From: an uncultured Pelagibacteraceae bacterium
Lineage (GTDB): Bacteria; Pseudomonadota; Alphaproteobacteria; Pelagibacterales; Pelagibacteraceae
Length of the DNA: 64,000 bases
Reading direction: 5' to 3'
Assembly: GCA_902601895.1 (NCBI GenBank)
Contig: CACKOU010000005.1
Coordinates: 6,885-70,884 of the forward strand
Positions 21,181 to 31,325 of the stretch are shown here, piece by piece; position 1 is the stretch's first letter; each line of letters starts with the position of its first letter. A model generated the notes under the pieces. It saw only the letters and a program-made list of their open reading frames with translations, did no database searches and was not told where the DNA came from. The translations under genes were made by a program, and so were the position numbers.

Positions 21181-22059
21181 ATGTTTAAAACTAACTTTTT
21201 AAAAAAAAAACTAAATAATTTTTTAAAATTGTATAGCCGCAAACCTATCAAAAACAATTTTAGTGGAATGAGATTAGAGCATTGTTATGCATTATATTCT
21301 ATATTAAAAAAAATTAATCCGACTAATGTTATTGAATCTGGTGTTTGGAAAGGACAAACGACCTGGTTAATTAGAAAATCCCTCAAAAGTGCAAAAATAT
21401 TTTCAATTGATACAGATCTTAATCAAAGGGAATTTTTACTAAATAATGTAAATTATTTAAATAAAGATATAACACAGTATGATTGGTCTAATTTAAATAA
21501 AAAAAAAACAATTATTATTTTTGATGATCATATTTGTTTTTCAAAAAGAATTAATTTTTTGTTAAAAAATAAATTTAAACATATTATCTTTGATGATAAT
21601 TTACCGAATAATTTTACTTCTTATTATACTCCTAAAATGGTTTATGAAAAACAGATATTAGTTAAAAAAGAATATATTAATTATTATAATCTTAAAAGAT
21701 TGTTTGTATTTTTTCTTAATTATTTTTTATTTAAAAAATACAGAAAAAAAATTAAAGTTTATTTTTTTTCTAAATATCTAGTTATAAAACATAGACCTTA
21801 TTTTAATAAACAGCTAAAAAAAAAAATGAATGAATTCAGAAAAAAGATATCTTTGTACTATGAATTTCCTCCAATTATAAAATTTAACATAAATAAACGG
21901 TTCAAGAAACTCAAAAACAAATACAAAATTAATCTAAGTAATTTTAAATATAAAACTAAAAGTCCAATTACTGATAAAAGTTTTTTTAAAAATAAAAAGA
22001 AATATCTTGATGAAATGTCAATACAATACGGTAATATTTGTTATATTAGACTAAAATAA
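21181..22059 (+). CDS. Hypothetical protein, class I methyltransferase-like N-terminal fold
   Basis: VIESGVWKGQTT...IFSID and IIFDD motifs; the true start is ATG 21181 because the longer ORF runs through the tRNA. Confidence 0.65.
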   Translation: MFKTNFLKKKLNNFLKLYSRKPIKNNFSGMRLEHCYALYSILKKINPTNVIESGVWKGQTTWLIRKSLKSAKIFSIDTDLNQREFLLNNVNYLNKDITQYDWSNLNKKKTIIIFDDHICFSKRINFLLKNKFKHIIFDDNLPNNFTSYYTPKMVYEKQILVKKEYINYYNLKRLFVFFLNYFLFKKYRKKIKVYFFSKYLVIKHRPYFNKQLKKKMNEFRKKISLYYEFPPIIKFNINKRFKKLKNKYKINLSNFKYKTKSPITDKSFFKNKKKYLDEMSIQYGNICYIRLK

Positions 22060-22881
22060 TTAAACGATTGGTGGATAATCTAATATAACTTTTTTTATCC
22101 ACTCGTTTATTTTAATAATTCTATTGTCTGATGACGGGTGAGTACTCATAAATTCTGGTGGCTCTTTTCCTTTTTTCTTTTCTTTCATTCTTTCCCACAC
22201 TTTGACAGTTTCTCTAATGTCATAACCAGATAAAGACGCAAAAATTAAACCTAAATAATCTGCTTCACTTTCTTGTTTTCTATTGAAAGGATTCATTATA
22301 CCTATTTGAGATAAAAGTCCGACTGCATTCATACCTGTCGTTTGATTAATCTGACTTAATTTACCACCAGTTGTTATATCAATTATTCTTGTTCCATAAT
22401 TAATTAACGCTCCTTGACTTGCTCTTTCTACAGAATGTTTTGCAACAGCATGTGCTATTTCATGGCCCATTACAGCAGCTAAACCATTATCATTCTTTGT
22501 TATTTCTAATATGCCTGTATAAATTGCAATTTTACCTCCTGGCATACACCATGCGTTAATTACTTTTTTATTATCAATTAAAATATATTCCCAATCAAAA
22601 TTTTTTGTTGGATCATCTAAATTATTACGATTAAAATATTCAGATACAGAGTACTCAATTTTTGAACCAATTTCGATTATTCTATCTAAAGTTTTTTTAT
22701 CTTCGCTTAGCTTTTCTTTTTCTTTAACTTTTTCATAAATCTGTGCTGCTTTACTATTAAGTGTTGATTCTGGAATTATCTTAAGCTGTCTTCTGTCTGT
22801 TATCGGAGCATTTCCACATGCATGAAGTCCCATAGAAATACATCCACAACCCATTAAATATATAAAATTTCTTCTATTCAC
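22060..22881 (-). CDS. M48 family metallopeptidase (Oma1/LoiP-like), predicted Tat-exported lipoprotein
   Basis: NAWCMPGG, HEIAH, ESEAD, STHP; N-terminus NRRNFI...LHAC. Confidence 0.9.
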   Translation of the reverse strand: MNRRNFIYLMGCGCISMGLHACGNAPITDRRQLKIIPESTLNSKAAQIYEKVKEKEKLSEDKKTLDRIIEIGSKIEYSVSEYFNRNNLDDPTKNFDWEYILIDNKKVINAWCMPGGKIAIYTGILEITKNDNGLAAVMGHEIAHAVAKHSVERASQGALINYGTRIIDITTGGKLSQINQTTGMNAVGLLSQIGIMNPFNRKQESEADYLGLIFASLSGYDIRETVKVWERMKEKKKGKEPPEFMSTHPSSDNRIIKINEWIKKVILDYPPIV

Positions 22882-23003
22882 TTTTTTTAATATTTATATA
22901 ACATGGACTAATTATTCAACATTATGATTTTAAATAATAAAATTCTAATATTTTTGTTTGTTGCAGCAGTATTATTTGTAGTTTATACGAGTTATAGTTA
23001 ATC

Positions 23004-23624
23004 ATGGCTAGTCTTAAAAGAAAAAGAATTTCACTTATTGCAAGATTACGTAATTACTTCATTACTGGAATTGTTGTATTGGTACCTATTGGATTAACTT
23101 TTTATCTAACTAAATTTTTAATTGATCTATCCTCTAATCTTTTGCCTAAAGAATTAAATCCTAACTATTACTTACCTTTTAATATTCCTGGTTTAGAAAT
23201 AATAATTTCCTTAATCTTTATAACAATTATTGGCGGATTATCATTATCATTCATAGGAAAAAAAATTCTTCAATTATTTAATGATTTTTTAAAAAAAATA
23301 CCAATACTAAGAACCATTTATAGCGCCATAGGACAATTAACTGAAACATTTGCACCAAAAAAAGGAGCAAAAAAAAGTGTTGTATTAGTTGAATACCCAA
23401 GAAAAGGAAGTTGGGCAGTAGGTTTTGCAACTAAAGAAAATGATAGCGAAATTTCAAAAAAAACAAATACAGATCTTGTAAATGTATTTGTTCCAACAAC
23501 ACCAAATCCTACCAGTGGTTTCTTATTGATGTTTCCAAAAAGTGAAATTATTTATTTAGATATGAGTTTTGAGGAAGCTTCTAAATTTATTGTATCTGCT
23601 GGAACTTCAGACCCTAAAAAATAA
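23004..23624 (+). CDS. DUF502 membrane protein
   Basis: VLVEYPRKG, VFVPTTPNPTSGF; adjacent to recG. Confidence 0.9.
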   Translation: MASLKRKRISLIARLRNYFITGIVVLVPIGLTFYLTKFLIDLSSNLLPKELNPNYYLPFNIPGLEIIISLIFITIIGGLSLSFIGKKILQLFNDFLKKIPILRTIYSAIGQLTETFAPKKGAKKSVVLVEYPRKGSWAVGFATKENDSEISKKTNTDLVNVFVPTTPNPTSGFLLMFPKSEIIYLDMSFEEASKFIVSAGTSDPKK

Positions 23625-23627
23625 TTA

Positions 23628-25664
23628 CTATAATTCATTTATTATAGATGCTCGATCATATAATTTTAATAATTTATTATATTTACTGAAATTATCTCCT
23701 TTCATTTCTAATTTTTTTACTTCTGACTCAGCAAGTAAGAATAAATCTTCATTTAATATTGGATCAGCTAATCTAAAATTTTTAATTCCACTTTGCTTAA
23801 ATCCTAACAAATCTCCATATCCTCGCAATTTCATATCTTCCTCGGAAATTATGAAACCGTCATCTGAACTTTTGAGAATATTAATTCTTTTTTTTGCATT
23901 TTCACTTAGTGAAGATTTAAACATCAATATACAGTAAGATTCTTTATTGCCACGTCCGACACGACCTCTTAACTGATGTAATTGAGATAAACCATACTTA
24001 TCAGCATTTTCTATAACAATTACGTTAGCATTAGGAAAATCAATTCCAACTTCAATAACGGTTGTTGAAACCAATATATCCAGCTTTCTATCTAAGAAAT
24101 TATTTAAAATATTATTTCTTACATCTTTATCAAGGGAGCCATGAATTAATCCAATTTTATTCTTAAAATATTTTTCTAAATACTTAAATTTATTTACAAC
24201 AGATTGTTGTTCAACTTTTTTCGATTCTTCTATCAAAGGACAAACCCAGAAAATTTGATTTTTATTAGAAATTTCTTTTTTAACAAATCTTATTATTTCA
24301 GATATTTTATCTTCTAACTTACTGTAGGTGATTATTTTTTTTCTATTTTTTGGTTTTTCTTTAATTAAGGTTAAATCCATATCACCATAAACCGTCATCA
24401 TCATTGTTCTTGGTATTGGAGTTGCAGACATGACTAGAACATCGCAGTTATTTCCACCTTTTTCTGATAACTCTTTACGCTGACGAACACCAAACTTATG
24501 TTGTTCATCAATAATTATTAAACCCAGTTTATTATATTCAACTTTTTTTTGGAATAACGCATGTGTTCCTATCAGAAAGTCTATTTTACCAAGTTTAAGA
24601 TTTTCTAAAATTTTCTTTCTATCAGCATATTTTGACTTACCTGTTAACATTTCAATTTTTACATTTTTGGGTAGATATTTTTTAGCAAAAGAAAAATGTT
24701 GCTTAGCTAGAATTTCAGTAGGCACCATAAAGCTAGTTTGATATCCAGCATTTATACAATTTACTGCCGCTATCATTGATACAATTGTTTTACCAGATCC
24801 AACATCTCCTTGTAAAAGTCTAAACATTCTACTTTTTGATTTAAGATCTTCGTTTATAATTTTTATTGCCGCTTCTTGATCATTTGTTAATTTAAAATTT
24901 AAATCTTGTATCAATTTTTCCTTACAATCTTTAAAAATTTTTTGTGATTTCTTTATTTTTTTTATTTTAGTTCTTATTTTTGAGGATAATAAAAAATGAG
25001 CAAACAATTCGTCAAAAACTAACCGTTTATAATACTTAGATTTTAAAATTTCTTTAGTATCAAGTCTGTGAATTTTTAAGATTGCGTCTTTCCACTTAAT
25101 ATTATTAAATTTTTTCTTTATATCGTCATTTAGCCACTCATCTAAATCTGGTAATTCCTTTAAAACTTCATTAATTATATTATTGTATTTGTTGATCGTA
25201 AGACCATCTGTAAGACTATATTTATTTTGAGTCTCTATGATATTTTCATTACTTTCTTTAACCTGAGTCGGATTAGTGATTTGATATTTATTTCTAAAAA
25301 AATTAATTTTTCCACTTATTATTATTTCAGTATTTAATGGTAAGATTTTTTTTATATATCCTTCGTATGAATTAAAAAAAACGCAATCTATTTTTATATC
25401 TTTACTTTGACACACAACTCTATTAGGCAATTTTCTTATCCTAGGAAAATTATATTTTAAGGGTGTTAATTTAATTGTTTGTAATTTTCCTATTTGTATA
25501 TCACCAATATTTGTTACTTTTGAATTTTCAATTTTACTTGTAGGTAAATGCCACAATAAATCAAAAATTGTATATATATTTTTTCTTTTAAATAATTGGC
25601 CTGTTTTTTTCCCTATACCTTTAATATTCTGAATATTTGACAATAAATATTCGTGATCATTCAT
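23628..25664 (-). CDS. recG: ATP-dependent DNA helicase RecG
   Basis: LQGDVGSGKT, DEQH, SATPIPRT, QLHQLRGRVGRG. Confidence 0.97.
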   Translation of the reverse strand: MNDHEYLLSNIQNIKGIGKKTGQLFKRKNIYTIFDLLWHLPTSKIENSKVTNIGDIQIGKLQTIKLTPLKYNFPRIRKLPNRVVCQSKDIKIDCVFFNSYEGYIKKILPLNTEIIISGKINFFRNKYQITNPTQVKESNENIIETQNKYSLTDGLTINKYNNIINEVLKELPDLDEWLNDDIKKKFNNIKWKDAILKIHRLDTKEILKSKYYKRLVFDELFAHFLLSSKIRTKIKKIKKSQKIFKDCKEKLIQDLNFKLTNDQEAAIKIINEDLKSKSRMFRLLQGDVGSGKTIVSMIAAVNCINAGYQTSFMVPTEILAKQHFSFAKKYLPKNVKIEMLTGKSKYADRKKILENLKLGKIDFLIGTHALFQKKVEYNKLGLIIIDEQHKFGVRQRKELSEKGGNNCDVLVMSATPIPRTMMMTVYGDMDLTLIKEKPKNRKKIITYSKLEDKISEIIRFVKKEISNKNQIFWVCPLIEESKKVEQQSVVNKFKYLEKYFKNKIGLIHGSLDKDVRNNILNNFLDRKLDILVSTTVIEVGIDFPNANVIVIENADKYGLSQLHQLRGRVGRGNKESYCILMFKSSLSENAKKRINILKSSDDGFIISEEDMKLRGYGDLLGFKQSGIKNFRLADPILNEDLFLLAESEVKKLEMKGDNFSKYNKLLKLYDRASIINEL

Positions 25665-25690
25665 GATTTATATATATAAAGATTTAATTA

Positions 25691-25951
25691 ATGGATTCAA
25701 ATAAACAAAATTTAATTAATAAAATTTTATACAGAGCTCAATATCGTGGAACTAAAGAAATGGATATCTTTGTTTCTAAATTTGTTAATTCAATTATTGA
25801 CAATCTCGACCATAAGGAATTAGTTTCTTTAGATAAGTTAATTAATTTTGATGACGAAACTTTAGTCAACTTAAGTTTAGGTAAAAATTCAAAAGATTTT
25901 GAAGATAAAATCATCTTAGAAAAACTTATAGAATTTAAAAATAAATATTAG
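25691..25951 (+). CDS. sdhE: Succinate dehydrogenase assembly factor SdhE/Sdh5
   Basis: YRAQYRGTKEMD (RGxxE motif). Confidence 0.88.
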   Translation: MDSNKQNLINKILYRAQYRGTKEMDIFVSKFVNSIIDNLDHKELVSLDKLINFDDETLVNLSLGKNSKDFEDKIILEKLIEFKNKY

Positions 25952-26041
25952 TGGCGGAGAGACTGGGATTCGAACCCAGGAAAGAGTTGCCCCTTTGCCG
26001 GTTTTCAAGACCGGTGCTTTCAACCGCTCAGCCATCTCTCC
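25952..26041 (-). tRNA. tRNA-Ser(TGA)
   Basis: Reverse complement GGAGAGA...TCTCTCC-G-CCA; anticodon arm CCGGT-CTTGAAA-ACCGG; long variable arm. Confidence 0.97.
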
Positions 26042-26101
26042 TAATTTGTAATAATTAAAATTCTATATTTCATAAACAAAATAGTTTAATTGATCAATAT
26101 A

Positions 26102-26986
26102 ATGTTAAGCAAAAATCAATTTAATAAAGGCATAATTTTAACCGCATTTGGTTCTTTCTGGTGGGGTTTTATTGGAGTTATCTATTTTAAATATATTGCT
26201 TTTGCCGGTCATATTGAAGTTGTCCTACATCGAAGTGCATGGACAACTGTTATGCTAATTTTAACAACAATCATTTTATCAAAGTGGAAAAAATTTAACT
26301 TAGTTTTTAAAGATAAAAAAAAAATTATGATGCTTTTTTTATCTGGATTATTAATTTTTACAAATTGGGCTGTTTGGATTTATGCAATAGGGAATGATCA
26401 AGTTATAGATGCTAGTTTCGGATATTTTATAATGCCTATAATAAGTGTTTTTTTAGGTTATTTTTTTTTAAAAGAGGAATTAAGTTTCAAAACTAAAATT
26501 TCACTTTTAATCGTAACTATATCAATTTTGTATTTAGTAATATCTAGTTTTCAATCGATACCATGGGTCGGACTAATTGTAGCTTTAAGTTGGAGTTTTT
26601 ATAATTTAGTAAGAAAAAAAGTTTATGTAGACACAGATATTGGTTTATTAATTGAAAGTTTATTTATTTTTCCAGCAGTAATACTTGCATTTTATTTAAT
26701 TGTACAAAATGGTTTTAATGATTTTGATATATCGAATGTTAAATTAATGTTAATATTCATGCTGGCAGGTCCTATGACAGTGATTCCTTTATATTTATAT
26801 GTTAGGGGAGTTGAATTATGTGGTTTAGGTCCAACGGGTATGGTTTTTTATATAACTCCAACTTTGCAATTCTTGTTGGGTTATTTCTTATATAATGAAG
26901 AATTGGATATACATAAATTAATCAGCTTTATTTTGATATGGATTGCTGTATCGATATACCTAAAAGATTTGTATGAAAAAAATTAA
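26102..26986 (+). CDS. rarD: EamA family transporter RarD
   Basis: About 10 TM segments; DASFGYFIMP, LKEEL, YITPTLQF. Confidence 0.85.
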   Translation: MLSKNQFNKGIILTAFGSFWWGFIGVIYFKYIAFAGHIEVVLHRSAWTTVMLILTTIILSKWKKFNLVFKDKKKIMMLFLSGLLIFTNWAVWIYAIGNDQVIDASFGYFIMPIISVFLGYFFLKEELSFKTKISLLIVTISILYLVISSFQSIPWVGLIVALSWSFYNLVRKKVYVDTDIGLLIESLFIFPAVILAFYLIVQNGFNDFDISNVKLMLIFMLAGPMTVIPLYLYVRGVELCGLGPTGMVFYITPTLQFLLGYFLYNEELDIHKLISFILIWIAVSIYLKDLYEKN

Positions 26987-27968
26987 ATTATTAATTATAT
27001 CGATATTTATTATCTTTAACTCTTCAACTTTAATTGCTGATGATTTCAATGATTGGAAAATTAAATTTAAAAAAAGAGCAATTAATGAAGGTATTAGTAA
27101 ATCAACAGTTAATAATTTAATAGATAACACTAAGTTTTTACCCGATGTAATAAAGTATGACAGATACCAACCAGAATTCTATGAAGACACAAAGACATAT
27201 ATTTCAAAAAGAACCTCTTCAAAAAAAGTAAAACTAGGGAAAATTATATTAAATAAAGAAAATAATATTATTAATAAAGTATCTTCTGAATACAAAGTAG
27301 ATAAAAATTTATTATTAGCACTAATGGGTATTGAAACTAACTTTGGAAACTATTTAGGTAAAATGGATATTGTTTCTTCGCTTGCAACATTAAGCTACGA
27401 TCAAAGAAGAAGCGAATTTTTTACTAAAGAATTAATTACTCTTTTAAAATTAGTAGATTCAAAAATTATAGATCCAAGCACATTATTTGGATCTTGGGCA
27501 GGAGCATTTGGAAATTTTCAATTTATGCCATCCACAATTAAAAATCATGCCATTGACTATAATAAAGATGGTTCAATTGATCTAAAAAGTATTGAGGATT
27601 CTTTTGCATCTGCAGCTAACTATTTAAGTAATCTTGGATGGAATGATAATACTCCGTGTTTTTATAAAATTATTCTAAATGAAAGTATTCCTGATAAATA
27701 TTTAAATACTTCAGCAAAAAAAATTAAAAATGAGCAAAAAGTAAAATATTTAAAAAATTATATAAAAAATTCATCTTTTTTGGATAAATATGACAATTTT
27801 ACAGCTGCTATAGTAACTCCTGATGCTGAAATTGTCGAAAATGCTAATAAATTTAAACCTGCATATATTATTTTTAATAATTATAAACTAATCTTAAAAT
27901 GGAACAGATCTTTAAGATTTAGTTTAGCAGTATGTACATTAAAAAATAGTTTTGAAAATGAGACTTAA
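26973..27968 (+). CDS. Lytic murein transglycosylase (MltB/SLT_2)
   Basis: QPEF, GIETNFG, GSWAGAFGNFQFMPS, SAANYL. Confidence 0.93.
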   Translation: MKKIKLLIISIFIIFNSSTLIADDFNDWKIKFKKRAINEGISKSTVNNLIDNTKFLPDVIKYDRYQPEFYEDTKTYISKRTSSKKVKLGKIILNKENNIINKVSSEYKVDKNLLLALMGIETNFGNYLGKMDIVSSLATLSYDQRRSEFFTKELITLLKLVDSKIIDPSTLFGSWAGAFGNFQFMPSTIKNHAIDYNKDGSIDLKSIEDSFASAANYLSNLGWNDNTPCFYKIILNESIPDKYLNTSAKKIKNEQKVKYLKNYIKNSSFLDKYDNFTAAIVTPDAEIVENANKFKPAYIIFNNYKLILKWNRSLRFSLAVCTLKNSFENET

Positions 27969-28710
27969 AGTAATTATTTTTCTATCACTAATTTTAACAT
28001 CTTGTGAAACAACTAATAAAAAAGTTGATAACAAAAAAGAGTTTAAAAATTATTCAAATAACGGTTTTGCACTTATATATAAAAGTGATTATTTCAAAAA
28101 AAAAATAGTTACTAAAAAAATTGATCAAAGATCACTAATTATCTTTAATAATAAGTTAAAAAAAGATACAGAAATAAAAATTACAAATTTATTAAATGAA
28201 AAGTATCTAATTGCTAAAGTAGGTAAAAAGTCAAAATATCCTATATTTTATAATTCTGTAGTTTCTGAGAGAATTGCCATGGAACTTGATTTAGATCCTG
28301 ATCAACCTTATGTACGTGTTGAAACAATAAATTCAAATAATATTTTTGTTGCAAATAAAGCAAAAACTTTTGATGAGGAAAAAAAGGTAGCAAACAAAGC
28401 ACCTGTAGACAGTATTTCGATTAAAAACATATCTCTAAATAAAGATAAGAATAAAGAAATTATAGAAAATGAAAATACAAAATTTGAATTTATAATTAAA
28501 TTTGCAGATTTATTTTTTGAGGATTCTGCTATTATGTTAAAAAAAAGACTTGAAGAGGAATTCGAATTAAAAGATATAAATATCAAAAAAATGTCAAAAA
28601 ATTTATATAGAGTTTACAAAGGTCCATTTTATAATTTAGGATCTATTAAAAATGTATATAATGAGATTTCTGAAGTAAATTTTGAAAATATTGAATTAAT
28701 AAAATTATGA
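27958..28710 (+). CDS. RlpA-like lipoprotein with degenerate DPBB domain and C-terminal SPOR-like domain
   Basis: Lipobox LTSC; ITNLLN; C-terminal YRVYKGPF; occupies the mltB-rlpA-dacA position. Confidence 0.7.
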   Translation: MRLKVIIFLSLILTSCETTNKKVDNKKEFKNYSNNGFALIYKSDYFKKKIVTKKIDQRSLIIFNNKLKKDTEIKITNLLNEKYLIAKVGKKSKYPIFYNSVVSERIAMELDLDPDQPYVRVETINSNNIFVANKAKTFDEEKKVANKAPVDSISIKNISLNKDKNKEIIENENTKFEFIIKFADLFFEDSAIMLKKRLEEEFELKDINIKKMSKNLYRVYKGPFYNLGSIKNVYNEISEVNFENIELIKL

Positions 28711-29861
28711 AAATTAAAAGATTTTTAACTACATTATTTTTGTTATTTTTTATATCAAATATTTCACAAGCTAAATTTAACATAAATGCTCGTACAGCTA
28801 TACTGCAAGATTATTTATCTGGAGAAATACTATATGAAAAAAATCCGGAATTAAAAATATATCCAGCATCAATGACTAAAATAATGACATCTATAATTGC
28901 ATTTGATTTATTAAAAAGTGGAGAAATTTCTTTAGATGAAAAGTTTATAGTTTCAGAAAATGCATGGAGATTATCGTCCTCAGGATATTCCTCTATGTTT
29001 ATTATGGTCGGTGATGAAGTTACTGTAGAAAATTTACTATTAGGTATCATTGTTGCATCTGGTAACGATGCATGTGTTGCATTAGCAGAGGGAATAGCAG
29101 GCACAGAGGAAGAGTTTGCTCTATTGATGACAGATAAAGCAAAAGAAATAGGCATGACTAATACTAACTTTTCAAATTCATCTGGTATAAATGATGAGGA
29201 TAACTATTCAACGGTAAAAGATATTTTAATTATGTCAAAATATTTAATAAAAAATCATCCTGAATATTACAAATATTTTAAAATTAAAGAATTTACATGG
29301 AATAGGACGGGCGGTGAACCTATTACTCAAGGCAATAGAAATCCATTGTTATACAAAAATATAAATGTTGATGGTATTAAAACTGGATATCTAGGCTCAG
29401 AAAAATATTCATTGGCTTCATCAATTAAAAGAAAAGGCAGAAGATTAATTGCTGTTGCAAGTGGTTTTGAAACAAAAAAAACTAGATCAAAAGAATCTCA
29501 GAAAATGTTAATTTGGGGTTTGACTAATTTTGACACAATAATGCTTGCAAAAAAGAATGATACTTTTGCTGAACTAGATGTTTGGCAAGGAAGAAAAAAG
29601 AAAGTGAAAGTTTATACTAATAGAGATATTTTCCAATCTATACCCAAAGCAAAAAAGAAATATTTAAAAGTAAAAATTAATTATACAGGTCCGCTTCAAG
29701 CACCTATAACTAAAGATGAGAAGTTAGCCAGTATTATAGTTGCGTTTAAAGATGAGATAATTAATGAATACCCACTTTTTTCTTTAGAAGAGATCAAGCA
29801 ACAAAATATTTTTGGAAGATTAATAAATTCAATAAATTTTCTGATTTGGGGTGATGTTTAA
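28707..29861 (+). CDS. dacA: D-alanyl-D-alanine carboxypeptidase (S11)
   Basis: PASMTK (SxxK), SGN (SxN), KTG. Confidence 0.93.
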   Translation: MKIKRFLTTLFLLFFISNISQAKFNINARTAILQDYLSGEILYEKNPELKIYPASMTKIMTSIIAFDLLKSGEISLDEKFIVSENAWRLSSSGYSSMFIMVGDEVTVENLLLGIIVASGNDACVALAEGIAGTEEEFALLMTDKAKEIGMTNTNFSNSSGINDEDNYSTVKDILIMSKYLIKNHPEYYKYFKIKEFTWNRTGGEPITQGNRNPLLYKNINVDGIKTGYLGSEKYSLASSIKRKGRRLIAVASGFETKKTRSKESQKMLIWGLTNFDTIMLAKKNDTFAELDVWQGRKKKVKVYTNRDIFQSIPKAKKKYLKVKINYTGPLQAPITKDEKLASIIVAFKDEIINEYPLFSLEEIKQQNIFGRLINSINFLIWGDV

Positions 29862-30474
29862 ACATCCTGTTATAGTTTTCGAGGGTGTTGAGACATCTGG
29901 AAAAACCACAAATTTAAATATAGTAAAGAATTATTTAAAAAAAAAAAATATTAAATATGTGGATTTTCGAGAACCTGGTGGAACACCTTTTTCAGAAAAA
30001 TTAAGAAAATTATTATTAAATAAAAAAACCAGAACAAATGCAAAAACAGATTTATTGTTAATGCTAGCATCAAGATCCGAAAATTTTAATAATCTGATAA
30101 AAAAAAACTATAGAAAAAAAGTTATTCTAATTGATAGATTTTCAGACTCAACAATTGCATATCAACATTTTGGTATGAATTTAAATTTAAATTTAATACA
30201 TCATATGAACAAGTTTATTATTGGAAATTTTAAACCAGATTTAACAATATTAAGTTTAGTAAGTACAATTAATTTAAAAAAAAGATTATTAAATAGAAAG
30301 AAATTAGATCGTTACGATAATTTTAATTTTAAATTTTACAAGAAAGTCCAAATTGGATTTAATAAATTAGCAAATAAAAAAAAAAATTACCTAATTATAG
30401 ATTCAAACAAAAATTCAATTGAAAAAAATAAAATAATTATAATAAAGAAATTAGAAAATATTATCCAAATATGA
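29854..30474 (+). CDS. tmk: Thymidylate kinase
   Basis: FEGVETSGKTT, REPGGT, DRFSDSTIAYQ. Confidence 0.96.
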   Translation: MFKHPVIVFEGVETSGKTTNLNIVKNYLKKKNIKYVDFREPGGTPFSEKLRKLLLNKKTRTNAKTDLLLMLASRSENFNNLIKKNYRKKVILIDRFSDSTIAYQHFGMNLNLNLIHHMNKFIIGNFKPDLTILSLVSTINLKKRLLNRKKLDRYDNFNFKFYKKVQIGFNKLANKKKNYLIIDSNKNSIEKNKIIIIKKLENIIQI

Positions 30475-31325
30475 ATAAAATTATAGGTTTTGAAATAATT
30501 AAGGAAATATTTATAAATTTAAATAAAAATAATTTGATACCAACAAAATTAATTTTTTCTGGTAATGAAGGAATTGGGAAATTTTTATTAGCTAAAGATT
30601 TTGCTAATAACATTTATTGCGATAAAATTAAAAAAACTAATTCACACTTAAATCCAAACATATTAATTATCGAAAAAGATAAAGATAAACAATTTATAGA
30701 AATATCAAAGATAAGGGAAATGATAAAATATATTAATCATTCTTCATTTAATAATGATAAACGAATTGTTATAATTAGAGATATAGAAACATTAAACGTT
30801 AACTCATCAAATGCTTTACTCAAATCTTTAGAAGAACCTAATTTAGGTGTTTATTTTATATTAACCTACAATAATGAAAAATATTTATCTGATACTATTA
30901 AATCTAGATGTGTTGAATTTAAATTAAAAATAAGTTTTAATAATATAAAAGAAATAGTTAATAATAATTTTAACTACAATATCTATAATAATCTATCTGA
31001 TGATTTTAAAATTCCTTATTTAACACCATCTTTTTTGTTAAATTTAATTAAATTCTTTAACAATAATAATTATAAACTTGATATAGATGCAGAAGAATTT
31101 CTTAAGATAATTTTGAAAGAAAAATTATTTTTATCTGATATCTTTATAAAAAAATATTTTATTTTATTTATTCAACTTTTTTTTTACAAAAAATTAAAAA
31201 ATAATATTAATTATTATTATGAAATGAAAAAATATTTTTTAAAAAAATTACACAATTTAGATAAATATAATCTAGATTTAGAAACTTTTTGTATTGAATT
31301 TGAGGATAAATTATTAAGTGAATAA
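30471..31325 (+). CDS. holB: DNA polymerase III delta' subunit
   Basis: GNEGIGK, NALLKSLEEP, TIKSRC; follows tmk. Confidence 0.9.
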   Translation: MNKIIGFEIIKEIFINLNKNNLIPTKLIFSGNEGIGKFLLAKDFANNIYCDKIKKTNSHLNPNILIIEKDKDKQFIEISKIREMIKYINHSSFNNDKRIVIIRDIETLNVNSSNALLKSLEEPNLGVYFILTYNNEKYLSDTIKSRCVEFKLKISFNNIKEIVNNNFNYNIYNNLSDDFKIPYLTPSFLLNLIKFFNNNNYKLDIDAEEFLKIILKEKLFLSDIFIKKYFILFIQLFFYKKLKNNINYYYEMKKYFLKKLHNLDKYNLDLETFCIEFEDKLLSE

